Source: an uncultured Candidatus Binatia bacterium (GTDB lineage Bacteria; Desulfobacterota; Binatia; Bin18). Taken from it: a stretch of 64,000 nucleotides of DNA. Each line of letters begins with the position of its first letter. Position 1 is the stretch's first letter. The notes below the pieces were generated by a model. It was given only the letters and a program-made list of their open reading frames with translations. It ran no database searches and had not been told where the DNA came from. This document shows, piece by piece, positions 1 through 9,480 of the stretch. The position numbers were made by a program, and so were the translations under genes. The stretch covers positions 42,435 through 106,434 of the forward strand of contig CBDCPK010000002.1 in assembly GCA_965220195.1 (NCBI GenBank). Reading direction: 5' to 3'.

Positions 1-1
1 G

Positions 2-2542
2 GTGGTTGGCCTGTGGCTGGCCGGTGGCGGCCCGGGCTACGGCCAGGCCCCGAACGGCAACGGGCCGGAAATCGTGCCGATTGTAACACGCGCCGGGGCG
101 CATGAGGGCTATGGCCGCCTGGTGTTCGATTGGCCGTGGGCCGTGGCCTATGGCGCGCAAATGGAGGGGACCACGCTGACCGTCATGTTCGACCGCCGTC
201 TGCATACCACCTTTCGGCAGGTGCCGCGCTATCTGGAGGCGTATATCAGCGATATCGCCCTCGGGCCGGATGGTCAGAGCGTGGTGGCGACCCTGACCGA
301 CGAATACCGGCTGCGGACGTTTCTGCTCAATGGCGAGGACGGCGGTGTCAAGGTTGTGGTTGATTTGCTGGCCGACGGAGAGGCAGGCCCTTCGACCGGG
401 CTCAGGACAGGCCCGGTGCTTGCCCAGGCTCCAATGCTTCCCCCAGTGGAGCCGTCTCCCGAGGCCGTCCCCGGAGATTCTCCCTCCCCCCCCGTCTCCG
501 GGGACTCCCCCTTTCTATCCGCAGAGGCCGCGCCCGAAGCGCCGCCTGCTGACCTTCCTCCCAGCCTCCCTTTCGCGGCTGAGGCTGACCCAGAGCCCGA
601 GGCCGTCCCCGAATCATCCCCTCCTATAGGAGTGCGGGCTTCCAGCCCGCAAGCGGCCAAGATGGCCGCTCTCCCAGGCAGCGGGAGGGGAGAAGAGGAG
701 GTTACCCCGCCTGTGAAAGCAGACGAGGATACGCCTCCGACAGAACCCGACTCGTCACCTGAATCCGTCCCGACCGCCGAAGCAACGTCTCCGGTTGAGG
801 AAGCCACAGCACCCGAGAGTGGGGAAAACCCACCCCGGCCCGTTGGGCCACCCCTCCAGGGAGGGGATGAAGAAGGGGCCGTGGACATGCCTGCGGCGGA
901 ACCGACAGATGCGGCCTCCGCAGAGGCACCCCCGGCAGAGACCGGGGCAACGCCCGAGGCCGAAGCGAAACCCGAAGAGACTGCTGCGGCTGAGTCGGAC
1001 CCAGCTTCCGAGCCGGTTGCAGACCCAGCGCCCGAAGCACCACCGACTCCAGAACCCGCCTCCGCAGAGGCACCCCCGGTAGAAGCCGCAGCACCATCCG
1101 AAGCGGACACCTCATCCCCTCCTGGGAGGGGTGCTGCGGAGCAGCGGGGTGGGTCTGCGGACACCTCGCCTTCACCCTCCGCCCCGAGTGGGGAGGAGAC
1201 CAGCAGCGGGGAGGCCGAGCAAGCGGCGGCTTCTCCATTGGAAACGACTCCTGAGCCGGCGGGGGAGGCACCCACCCCAACCCCCAACCCCCAACCCCCA
1301 ACCCCTGATCCCCCCCCCCTCCCCGCCTCGGTGCGGATTCCGGTTTCGCAGAGCCGCCTCTTCCGGCTCGATACGCCGGCAGCCTCGGTCTTTGTGGCCG
1401 ACCCGGCCATTGCGGATGTGCAGCTTGTCTCGTCCGGGGTGCTGTTTGTGATGGCCAAGGCGGTGGGCCGCACGTCGGTGGCGGCGCTCGATGCGGATAG
1501 CGCGTTGATTGGCGAGTGGACCATCAAGACGGTGCTGGACCTCCAGCCGGTCCGGGCCGCGCTGGAAGGCGTGCCGGCGCTCGGCAATGTGACGGTCCGG
1601 CAGCTTAACAGAGGCGTGGAACTCAGCGGCGCGGTGGCCGCTATTGCCGAGGCTGACCAGGCCCTGCGCCTGACGACCACCGCCCTGCCGGAAGAGACGC
1701 CGGTGGAAAACCGTATCCGCGTGACCGGCAAACAGCAGGTCAATCTGGAAGTGCAGATTGCCGAAGTGCAGCGCAGCGTCAGCGAAACCCTGGGCTTCAA
1801 CTGGGAAGTGCTGCCGGATATCGGCGACGGGCGCCACCTGGGCATGCGGGTCGGGCGGTTCTTTTTTGATGAAGCGCTGGGCGGATACCTGGTGCAGGAA
1901 TTGGCCGAAGGACGCGCCGCGGCCCTGTCCGGCAGTACCGGATTTGCCGCCGGTAGAACCACGGTGCGGGGGATGATCGACGCCTTGGCCTCCGCGGGTC
2001 TGGCCACGGTGCTGGCGCGGCCCAATGTGACCGCGGTCTCGGGCGAGACGGCCAGCTTTTTTTCCGGTGGGGAATATCCCCTGCCGTCGGGCTTTGAGGA
2101 CGGGGCGATTATTTTCGAGTACAAGAAATACGGCGTGCTGCTGGACTTTGTGCCCACGATTATTGATAGTGGGCGCATTATGCTGACCGTGCGCCCGGAA
2201 GTGTCGCAGCGCTCGGATACGGACTCGCTGACCGTGACCGGGATCGATATCCCGGTCATCAATGTGCGCCGGGCCGAGACCACGGTGGAGGTCGGCGATG
2301 GCGAGTCCATCGTGATTGCCGGGCTGTACCGCGACCAGAGCGAGGCGATTGAATCCGGCCTGCCGGTCGTCAAGGATATTCCGCTGCTGGGCATGCTGTT
2401 CGGCACGCAGTCGGTCCGCTCGAACGCCACCGAACTGATTGTCGTGGTCACGGCGCGGCTGACCACCGCCACTGTCATGCCCCGCATGACCGACCGGGAC
2501 CGCCAACTGCCGGGGCGGCGTGTGCGGGGATATCATTACTGA
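2..2542 (+). CDS. cpaC: Tad/Flp pilus secretin CpaC/RcpA with extra N-terminal domain and long Pro/Glu/Ala-rich linker; possibly 5' partial
   Basis: 846-aa ORF. The C-terminal part carries pilus-N/BON-like and secretin motifs (GLPVVKDIPLLGMLFG, ELIVVVTARL). Residues about 130-440 are P/E/A/S low complexity. It lies upstream of cpaE-cpaF-tadBC. Confidence 0.85.
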   Translation: MVGLWLAGGGPGYGQAPNGNGPEIVPIVTRAGAHEGYGRLVFDWPWAVAYGAQMEGTTLTVMFDRRLHTTFRQVPRYLEAYISDIALGPDGQSVVATLTDEYRLRTFLLNGEDGGVKVVVDLLADGEAGPSTGLRTGPVLAQAPMLPPVEPSPEAVPGDSPSPPVSGDSPFLSAEAAPEAPPADLPPSLPFAAEADPEPEAVPESSPPIGVRASSPQAAKMAALPGSGRGEEEVTPPVKADEDTPPTEPDSSPESVPTAEATSPVEEATAPESGENPPRPVGPPLQGGDEEGAVDMPAAEPTDAASAEAPPAETGATPEAEAKPEETAAAESDPASEPVADPAPEAPPTPEPASAEAPPVEAAAPSEADTSSPPGRGAAEQRGGSADTSPSPSAPSGEETSSGEAEQAAASPLETTPEPAGEAPTPTPNPQPPTPDPPPLPASVRIPVSQSRLFRLDTPAASVFVADPAIADVQLVSSGVLFVMAKAVGRTSVAALDADSALIGEWTIKTVLDLQPVRAALEGVPALGNVTVRQLNRGVELSGAVAAIAEADQALRLTTTALPEETPVENRIRVTGKQQVNLEVQIAEVQRSVSETLGFNWEVLPDIGDGRHLGMRVGRFFFDEALGGYLVQELAEGRAAALSGSTGFAAGRTTVRGMIDALASAGLATVLARPNVTAVSGETASFFSGGEYPLPSGFEDGAIIFEYKKYGVLLDFVPTIIDSGRIMLTVRPEVSQRSDTDSLTVTGIDIPVINVRRAETTVEVGDGESIVIAGLYRDQSEAIESGLPVVKDIPLLGMLFGTQSVRSNATELIVVVTARLTTATVMPRMTDRDRQLPGRRVRGYHY

Positions 2543-2695
2543 GGCGATACTGAGGCGATGAAACGGAAGCGCACCGATAAGCCCCTCCTGGGAGGGATGG
2601 TTCCATTCATGGGCCGCGTCTCCAGCGTCATTCCGGATCAGGTCCGGCATGACGGAAAACAGGAGGAACGGGGTCGAAGCGGCGGGGGGGATGCT

Positions 2696-2926
2696 CTAGG
2701 CGCTGCGCTTCAGAAGCTCACGGAGACCCGCACTCTGCTCACGGAGACCCGCACTCTGCTCACGGAGACCCACACCCATGTCCTCAAGGGCTTTGGCCTG
2801 CTGGATCATCAAGGCGGTACTGGCCTCCCGGCTCGTATTACTTTTCCGCATCTCCCAAATGCCCCAGGCAATGATGCCGAGTTGCGCTATATAATAGCTG
2901 ATGGAGGCCCATTCGAATGCCGTCAT
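2696..2926 (-). CDS. small single-pass membrane coiled-coil protein, family member S1
   Basis: 76 aa with one N-terminal TM helix (IAQLGIIAWGIW), a basic patch and a coiled-coil tail ending LRELLKRSA. Contains a GLREQSA tandem repeat. Paralogous to S3-S6. Confidence 0.6.
   Translation of the reverse strand: MTAFEWASISYYIAQLGIIAWGIWEMRKSNTSREASTALMIQQAKALEDMGVGLREQSAGLREQSAGLRELLKRSA
2719..2772. repeat. 21-bp tandem repeat, about 2.6 copies (one heptad, GLREQSA) inside S1
   Basis: The unit cacggagacccgcactctgct is repeated head to tail. Confidence 0.9.
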
Positions 2927-3005
2927 ATTCTTTCTCTTGTCAGTGTTTGTTGACCACTCCTGAAAGTAGAGAACACCCTACGTCCTGTCAACGAGGAGAA
3001 CGCCT

Positions 3006-3329
3006 ATGCCCCCCAACCCCCAACCCCTCCGCCTGCTGCCCGTGTTGCTGGCCGTCGTCATGACCTGCGCCGGCTGTAGCGTGGTGCCGCTGTCGCTGTA
3101 TCAGACCCTGCCGTCCACCCGCATGGCGCTGGACGGTCTCGAAGAGGCGCAACGCAGCCTGGATGATACCAGAGCGGAGTATGCGGACAGTCTGGAAACG
3201 GCTCCGGCCGAGCGGTCGGTTGCCGCTCACGGCGCAACCCATAACGCCTATCAGCGCTGGGCGACGGACGAGGTGCGCGAGCTGCCGGACGTGTCGCAAA
3301 CCATCGCGATCGGAGGTGGGGACACCTAA
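3006..3329 (+). CDS. putative lipoprotein
   Basis: 107 aa. Hydrophobic N-terminus LLPVLLAVVMTCAGC with a lipobox-like AGC. Sits inside the Tad locus. Confidence 0.5.
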   Translation: MPPNPQPLRLLPVLLAVVMTCAGCSVVPLSLYQTLPSTRMALDGLEEAQRSLDDTRAEYADSLETAPAERSVAAHGATHNAYQRWATDEVRELPDVSQTIAIGGGDT

Positions 3330-3363
3330 AGGACGAGACGGTCTGACTGAGGAAACCAGGCAT

Positions 3364-3681
3364 ATGACAGAGTACGAAACCGCCAGCCTCGCGCTCCAAA
3401 CCGCCAGCCTCGCGCTTCAGCGCTATGCCGTTATCGCACGAGTGCTGATTGGCGCGGTTCAATGCGTGCTGATTGGCGGCGGGCTGTGGCTCATGAAAAA
3501 GGCGGCCAGCGCCCGGGACGCGCAACACCAGGAGGCGAAAGACCAGCATCGAGAAACCATGGTCGCCCTCCAACAGCAGGGTGAAGCCTTGCGTGCCCTG
3601 ACCCAAGGAGCGAACGACCGCCATCAGGAGAGCATGGCTGCCCTGCATGCCCTGATAGAGCGCACGGCTCCGCCGGCATGA
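3364..3681 (+). CDS. small single-pass membrane coiled-coil protein, divergent family member S2
   Basis: ATG at 3364 follows gaggaaacc. TM helix VLIGAVQCVLIGGGLWLM, then KK and a Gln/Glu-rich coiled coil ending ALIERTA. ASLALQ(T/R) is duplicated (21 bp x2 at 3379-3420). Confidence 0.5.
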   Translation: MTEYETASLALQTASLALQRYAVIARVLIGAVQCVLIGGGLWLMKKAASARDAQHQEAKDQHRETMVALQQQGEALRALTQGANDRHQESMAALHALIERTAPPA

Positions 3682-3751
3682 ATGGCGGCCACCGTCAAAG
3701 GTCAATCCGACACGGAGCAATCGGAACGCCGGGAGATTGAGAGCGCCGTCC

Positions 3752-4897
3752 ATGGAAGCGACCGATACCAGCAGTATCCTGGCCTTTGCAGCTGATGCCG
3801 AAACCGAACGGATGCTGAAAGGGGCGCTGGCCGGGCGCGAGGCCCAGGTACAGCGGGGGGATATGACCGCGGCCATTGAAACGCTGAGTTCCGTGGCCTC
3901 GCCCCAATTGCTGTTCGTTGACCTGGACGGCACCGAGTTTCCGACCGGACGGATTCACGAGCTGGCCGCGGTGTGCGAGTTCGGCACCGCGGTCATTGCC
4001 GTCAGCTCGAATGACACGGCCCGCTTCACCCGCGAACTGCTGGCCTGCGGGGTCAGCGACTATCTGCCCAAACCCCTGACGGTCAGCGATATTCATGACG
4101 CAGTGACCACGGCGCTCAGGGACGAGGAGGACGGGGCCTCTCGCCTGTACGCCGGACGGGTGATCGCGTTTGCCGGCTGCGGCGGCAGCGGGGCCACCAC
4201 CTTGGCGGCACTGACCGCCCTGACCGCGGCGACCCAGGGCAGCTATGTGTCGGTGCTGGACCTGGAGCGAACCGCCGGGGCCCTGCCGCTGATGCTGGAT
4301 GTGGAGCCCGCGGCGGGGTTTGAAGAACTGCTGGACCTGGCGGCCAAACCCGACCCGGACCCGAGCCTGATTGACGGGGTGCAAACGCGGATGGCCCCAA
4401 GAATCTCGGTCTATGGCTATCGGGTGAGCGACAGCCTGCCGGCCCCGCCCGAGGCTGAAGCCGTCCGCTGGCTGATGGAGCAGTTGGCCAACCGTTCCCA
4501 CCTAGTGATCGTGGACGGCCTGACAGATACCGACCTGCTGTTTTCCGTGCTGACCAACGCGGACGAACGGGTGCAGGTCTTTGAACCGACCATGGTCAGC
4601 CTCAACCGGGTCATCCGCCGTATGGCGCTGCTCGGCAGGGACAACTGGGGACTGCTGGTCGAAAACCACACGCGGGCGCGCAAGAGTACGCTGTCTGCGG
4701 AGGATATTCGCTATACCCTGGCCGGGCACGAGCCGGACGTGACCATACCCTTTGAGCCGGGTCTGCCCGCGGCAACCAATTACGGACTACCGGAACGGGA
4801 GTTCAGCAAAAAATACCGCAAAGCCCTGGAGACCCTGACCGGCCGGCTGCTGCGCCCGGCCATCTCGCTGGCCGATGCGGGACAGCCCGGCCCTTGA
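3752..4897 (+). CDS. cpaE: CpaE/TadZ-like pilus assembly protein (receiver-like N-domain plus ParA/MinD-like domain with degenerate Walker A)
   Basis: The position between cpaC and cpaF fits. The P-loop region AGCGGSGATT lacks the Lys. An alternative TTG start lies at 3737. Confidence 0.75.
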   Translation: MEATDTSSILAFAADAETERMLKGALAGREAQVQRGDMTAAIETLSSVASPQLLFVDLDGTEFPTGRIHELAAVCEFGTAVIAVSSNDTARFTRELLACGVSDYLPKPLTVSDIHDAVTTALRDEEDGASRLYAGRVIAFAGCGGSGATTLAALTALTAATQGSYVSVLDLERTAGALPLMLDVEPAAGFEELLDLAAKPDPDPSLIDGVQTRMAPRISVYGYRVSDSLPAPPEAEAVRWLMEQLANRSHLVIVDGLTDTDLLFSVLTNADERVQVFEPTMVSLNRVIRRMALLGRDNWGLLVENHTRARKSTLSAEDIRYTLAGHEPDVTIPFEPGLPAATNYGLPEREFSKKYRKALETLTGRLLRPAISLADAGQPGP

Positions 4898-4919
4898 AGC
4901 GCAGTGAAAGGGGACTTAT

Positions 4920-6362
4920 ATGCCACGCAATGCCTTCGGGCGCCGTCCCAAACCCATTGTCCAACCGCCCGCCCCAACACAGCCTGCCCCCAATTCGCCC
5001 GCTCAGGAGGGCCCGGTGCTCCAGGAGCAAGCCTCTGGGGCTGCTGGAGCCGACGCCTCTGAGCCCACTGTATCAGCGCGCCGCCGCACCTCGGACCGGC
5101 TGGTCGCCGAGATGGCGGCAAAAATACACCCGACGGTTGTGCAGTCGCTCGATATGTCCAAGGCCGCCGATCTGAGCCGGGACGAACTCGCGGTGCAACT
5201 CCAGTCCTTTCTGGACACCGAAGAGTCGGTTGCTTCGGACCTGACGCCGCTGGACCGCCGGCGCGTAGTACAGCGGCTGGTGGACGACATCAAGGGCCTC
5301 GGCCCGCTGGAGCCGTTGTTCAACGACCCGGCTGTCTCCGATATTCTGGTCAATGGGCTCGCCTCGACCTATGTCGAACGCAAGGGCAAGCTGGAGAAGG
5401 TGGACATCCGCTTTCGGGACGCGCAGCACTTGCTGAATATCGCCCAGCGGATCGCCAGTTGGGTCGGACGACGGGTGGACGAGGCCAGCCCCATGGTGGA
5501 TGCCCGGCTGCCCGACGGCAGCCGCGTCAACATCATTATTCCGCCGCTGGCGATTGACGGCGCGGCGTTCTCCATTCGGCGTTTTGTGGCCCGTGGTATC
5601 AGCCTGGCCGAGTTGGCCGAGCGCAACGCCTTTACGCCGGCCATGGGCCAACTGCTTCAGATCTGTGCCAAAGCCCGGCTGAACATTCTGGTTTCCGGCG
5701 GTACGGGCGCCGGGAAAACCACCTTTCTGAACGCCTTGTCGCGTGAGATCAACAACACCGAGCGGCTGGTGACCATCGAAGATTCCGCGGAATTGCAGTT
5801 GCAGCAGCCGCATGTGGTCCGGCTGGAAACGCGCACGAAGAGCGTGGAGGGGACAGGCGAGGTCAGCATTCGTGATTTGCTGATTAACGCCCTGCGGATG
5901 CGGCCCGACCGGATCATCGTGGGTGAGGTGCGTGGCGGCGAGGCCAACGAGATGCTCCAGGCCATGAATACCGGGCATCCGGGCTCGATGTGTACGCTCC
6001 ACGCCAATAATCCGCGCGACGCGCTGATGCGGGTCGAAAACATGCTGATGCAGACCTCGGGTGACATGCCGCTGCCGGCCCTGCGTCGCCAGATCGTGTC
6101 GGCCGTTGACCTGGTCGTACAATTGGCCCGCCTGCGTTCCGGCCACCGCTGTGTGACCAGCATTACCGATGTGGTCGGGATGGAGGGCGATATTATCACC
6201 ACCGAGGAAATGTGGCGGCGCTTGCCGGGTGAGGCGCATAATTTTGAGAGTAGCGGCCGTCAGCCATCCTGGATGGCCTCGGTCGACGCTGCGGGGCTGC
6301 GCGCCGAGTTTCTGGAGGTGCTCCAGATGGGTCAGGCGCACAACGTGGAGGCCGCAGCATGA
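4920..6362 (+). CDS. cpaF: CpaF/TadA secretion ATPase
   Basis: Walker A GGTGAGKTT, plus TIEDSAELQL and RMRPDRIIVGEVRGGEA motifs typical of the VirB11/CpaF family. Confidence 0.95.
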   Translation: MPRNAFGRRPKPIVQPPAPTQPAPNSPAQEGPVLQEQASGAAGADASEPTVSARRRTSDRLVAEMAAKIHPTVVQSLDMSKAADLSRDELAVQLQSFLDTEESVASDLTPLDRRRVVQRLVDDIKGLGPLEPLFNDPAVSDILVNGLASTYVERKGKLEKVDIRFRDAQHLLNIAQRIASWVGRRVDEASPMVDARLPDGSRVNIIIPPLAIDGAAFSIRRFVARGISLAELAERNAFTPAMGQLLQICAKARLNILVSGGTGAGKTTFLNALSREINNTERLVTIEDSAELQLQQPHVVRLETRTKSVEGTGEVSIRDLLINALRMRPDRIIVGEVRGGEANEMLQAMNTGHPGSMCTLHANNPRDALMRVENMLMQTSGDMPLPALRRQIVSAVDLVVQLARLRSGHRCVTSITDVVGMEGDIITTEEMWRRLPGEAHNFESSGRQPSWMASVDAAGLRAEFLEVLQMGQAHNVEAAA

Positions 6363-7393
6363 ATATCACGCTGACAGTGCTGGTCTGCGTGGCGGGGGTG
6401 ATTCTCCCCGGCCTGCTGGCCCTGCTCATTCTCGGCAACCCGCTGCTGAGCATGGTGATTGCCGGGGTGGCGTTTCTGATTGAGATTCCCTGCGTGTATC
6501 TGGTGGCTGTGTTCTGGCCGCAGCAGCGAGAGTTGAAACGCCGGCTGACGCGGGTCGCGGCGACGCTCAAGGGGGGCGCGCTGCCGGACGCCACCCCTGG
6601 CGGTCGGGTCAGCGTTTTCCGTAAGCAACGCAGCAAGTCGCGGCTGGTTGAGAGGCTGGAGCGTCAATTCCCCCTGATTGATGTCCCGCGGATGCTGCCT
6701 CGGGCGGTCGGGCTGGGCGTACTGGGCATGGTGGGGACAGGGTCGGCTGCGGCATGGATGGGCTTCGGGCCGCTCGCGCTGTTGCTGCTGGTGCCGTTTG
6801 GCGGGCTGGGATGCGGTTGGGTTGTGCTGGCCAGGCAGGACGGCGGCCAGCGCAACGAGTTCACCAAGATATTTCCTGAAACCACCGACCAGGTGGTGCG
6901 CCTGGTGCGGGCAGGCGTTCCGTCACTGGAGGCCATCTCGATTGTGGCTCAGGAGGCCCCGCCGCCGGTCGGGGGGATCTTGCGTGACATTGCCTCGGCG
7001 GTGGCCGCGGGGCTGGACCCGGAAACGGCCATTCGCAATGTTGCGGCGCGCGTCCGTATCCCGGCGTTTTCCCTGTTCTCTGCCGCGGTCTGTTTGCAGA
7101 TGACGACCGGGGGCGGTATCTCCGGTGCGCTTGGCAATCTTTCCGCGACTTTGCGCGCGCGCCAGGATGTGGCGCTCAAGGCCCAGGGTTCGACGGCCCA
7201 GACCCGGCTGACCCTGGCGATTATTTCGCTGGTGCCGGTCGTGGTGCTGATGACCCAGAACTTCACCAATCCGCAGGCGGTTGAGACCCTGTTCCATACC
7301 GAGTCGGGCAGCACCCTGCTCCGCTACGGGGTCGGCCTGATTCTGAGCGGGCTGCTGGTCGCCCGCAGCTTGTCGGCCCGGATTGGACGGTAG
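6359..7393 (+). CDS. tadB: TadB (type II secretion system F-family inner membrane protein)
   Basis: ATGA overlap with the cpaF stop. Polytopic membrane protein with a T2SS-F-like cytoplasmic domain. Confidence 0.85.
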   Translation: MNITLTVLVCVAGVILPGLLALLILGNPLLSMVIAGVAFLIEIPCVYLVAVFWPQQRELKRRLTRVAATLKGGALPDATPGGRVSVFRKQRSKSRLVERLERQFPLIDVPRMLPRAVGLGVLGMVGTGSAAAWMGFGPLALLLLVPFGGLGCGWVVLARQDGGQRNEFTKIFPETTDQVVRLVRAGVPSLEAISIVAQEAPPPVGGILRDIASAVAAGLDPETAIRNVAARVRIPAFSLFSAAVCLQMTTGGGISGALGNLSATLRARQDVALKAQGSTAQTRLTLAIISLVPVVVLMTQNFTNPQAVETLFHTESGSTLLRYGVGLILSGLLVARSLSARIGR

Positions 7394-7551
7394 GTGATGT
7401 CGCGGCATGTCCTATCCTATTCTATCCCCTCTCGGGAGGGGTGGATTTTTCGGACGGGCGTTCCGGGTACCCACCCCGGCCCTTCGGGCCACTCCTCCTT
7501 GGAGGGGAAGTTTTTCTGTTCGCCTGAGGTGATGCAATAAGGAGAATCCCC

Positions 7552-8517
7552 ATGATGTTCTGGCTCATCGCCATTATCGTAGTCGTCTGTCTGGCCGGGG
7601 TGGGGGCGCTGGTCTTTCGCAGCAGTCGGAATGCCCAGGTTCTGGACCGCCGGCTTGCCAGGGTGCGAACATGGGCTGTGGCCGTCTATGGCGAACCGCA
7701 GAAACGACGCAAACAGCAGGGCGGGAGTGTGTCCCTGCGTCTGGTGTCGCCCGCTCTGTTGAATATCTCGTCCCGGCTGGTGCCGGTCGGGGCAGCCGAG
7801 CGGGCCAAGCTGAAAGATGCGGTCACAAAGGCAGGGTTTCACCGGCCCGACGCCTTGTCGATATTCATGACAGCCAAGCTTGTGGTCATGCTGGCTGGCG
7901 GTGTCCTGCTGGGCTGGCAGCTCTCGGCAGGCCAGTGGCTCGGGGAATATACCTCAACGCCATTCATTCTGATGGCGGGCCTGGGTGGGGCGGTGATAGG
8001 GGGAATTCTGCCTGAGATGTGTTTGGACCGCCTCGGCGCCCGCCGGCAAAGCCGGATGGCTACGGCGCTGCCGGATGCCCTGGACCTGATGACGCTCTGC
8101 CTGGAATCCGGGTTGACTTTTGATCGGACCCTGGCTCGGGTAGCGCGGGAGTTGGAGTCTATGGCGCCCGCCCTGGCCCGTGAGTTCACGCTGTCCGAGG
8201 CGGAACTGCGGCTCGGCGCTGACCGCAAGAATGTGCTGCACGACCTGCACGTGCGGACCGGGGTGGAGGGGCTGCGCGACCTATCCACAACCATTGCCCA
8301 AGGCGAGCGCTACGGGACGCCGTTGTCCCAGTCCATGCGAAATATCGCCCACAGCGAGCGGCAGCAGCGGGCCGCCCGGATTGAGGTCCAGGTGGCGCGG
8401 CTGCCGGTGCTGATGAGCATGCCGATGTTGCTGCTGGTGACGCCGGGGACGCTGCTGCTGGTGGCGGGTCCGGCCTTTGTCTCGACCATGGAGATACTGG
8501 GCAATCTGGGCCAATGA
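7552..8517 (+). CDS. tadC: TadC (type II secretion system F-family inner membrane protein)
   Basis: Second GspF-like membrane protein after tadB. RBS aaggagaat precedes the ATG. Confidence 0.85.
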   Translation: MMFWLIAIIVVVCLAGVGALVFRSSRNAQVLDRRLARVRTWAVAVYGEPQKRRKQQGGSVSLRLVSPALLNISSRLVPVGAAERAKLKDAVTKAGFHRPDALSIFMTAKLVVMLAGGVLLGWQLSAGQWLGEYTSTPFILMAGLGGAVIGGILPEMCLDRLGARRQSRMATALPDALDLMTLCLESGLTFDRTLARVARELESMAPALAREFTLSEAELRLGADRKNVLHDLHVRTGVEGLRDLSTTIAQGERYGTPLSQSMRNIAHSERQQRAARIEVQVARLPVLMSMPMLLLVTPGTLLLVAGPAFVSTMEILGNLGQ

Positions 8518-8677
8518 CGGGTGCTACATATTGTATTATCTGGTGGCCTGAGGGTATAACCCACCCCGCCGCTCCGCGGCACCCCTCCGAGGACGTGTGA
8601 TGCATATTAGGGGGGACTTTATAGGGAGCGTGTCGAGGATAGCCGAAGCTCACATTCCCCACCACAGGAGGTGAGCC

Positions 8678-9010
8678 ATGGCCATCGATCTCGACACGTT
8701 CCTGGTCGCACTCTATACCATCGTGGACGATTTGTCCCAGCAGCAGGCGGTGGCGCGGCAGCCGGGCCGCCCGGGGCCCCGGCCCGTAGTGTCGGACAGT
8801 GAGGTACTCACCCTGGCGTTGTGTGCGCAGTGGTGGGGCCGCTCGGAGCGGGCCTTTCTGCGCTATGCGCGGGCGCACTGGCGGGCGTATTTCCCGCGTT
8901 TCCTGAGCCAGAGTGCGTATAACCGGCGCTGTCGGGCCTTGGCGGGGGTGCTGGTGGCCTTGATCCCGCGCGTGGCGCGGGAGTTGCGGGCGGCGGGGCG
9001 GGTTCCCCGC
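8678..9010 (+). pseudogene. IS982-like (IS4/IS5 superfamily) transposase N-terminal fragment
   Basis: The N-terminus LVALYTIVDDL...SDSEVLTLALCAQWWG...RAFLRY resembles IS982-type transposase starts. The reading frame is lost after about 110 aa, where the S3 cassette begins. Confidence 0.55.
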
Positions 9011-9048
9011 GCATTGACACCCCTGTGGGGGCTATTTATAGGAAAGGC

Positions 9049-9336
9049 ATGGAGGCAGAACTTTTACCGTTAGCGCGGGAGGCTGTAGCCGCGTTGCAAT
9101 TGCAGGCCGCTGCCGCCAGTCAACCGAACTGGGCGGAGGTCGCGGGCCTGTTCGTGAGTACCGTGGTCGGTTTTGGGCAGATCGGCTTGATTGCGTGGGG
9201 CTTGCGGCGGATGGGCAAAGCCTCTGAGGAGCGCAATCGCCAGCTTGACCAGCAAGCGGAAACCTTGGGCAAGATCGGTCAGGCGCTAGAACGCCAGGGT
9301 GAGGTGTTGGCCGAACTGTTACGGCGCACGGCGTAG
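9049..9336 (+). CDS. small single-pass membrane coiled-coil protein, family member S3
   Basis: Start chosen by alignment with S5 (MEAELLPLAREAVAALQ vs MDTEFLQLARETAAALQ). TM helix GFGQIGLIAWGL, then ERNRQLD and the tail ALERQGEVLAELLRRTA. Confidence 0.65.
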   Translation: MEAELLPLAREAVAALQLQAAAASQPNWAEVAGLFVSTVVGFGQIGLIAWGLRRMGKASEERNRQLDQQAETLGKIGQALERQGEVLAELLRRTA

Positions 9337-9480
9337 TGGCCCTTCGACTTCGCTCCGCCCTTCGGCTCTGCTCTGGACAGGATCAGGGTGAACGGGGGGT
9401 CTGGATTCCTGCCCCTGGCTTGACCAGGGGAATGACAGGCGGCTCCATGGTATCGTTATTTGTTTCAGATCGAAGGTCCG

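Noticed and set aside
274-2650. Long antisense ORFs (274..2487 at 737 aa, 1172..2650 at 492 aa) opposite cpaC
   Set aside because: These are typical GC-rich shadow ORFs. Composition is Ser/Arg/Pro/Gly-rich, there are no motifs, and they fully overlap a gene with clear secretin homology.
3058-3933. 291-aa minus-strand ORF spanning the lipoprotein, S2 and cpaE starts
   Set aside because: It overlaps three better-supported plus-strand genes, has junk-like composition and shows no motifs.
9014-9042. TTGACA-N17-TATAGG promoter-like sequence just upstream of S3
   Set aside because: The -10 candidate is weak and ends only 6 nt before the ATG, overlapping the RBS. It cannot be supported without transcript mapping.
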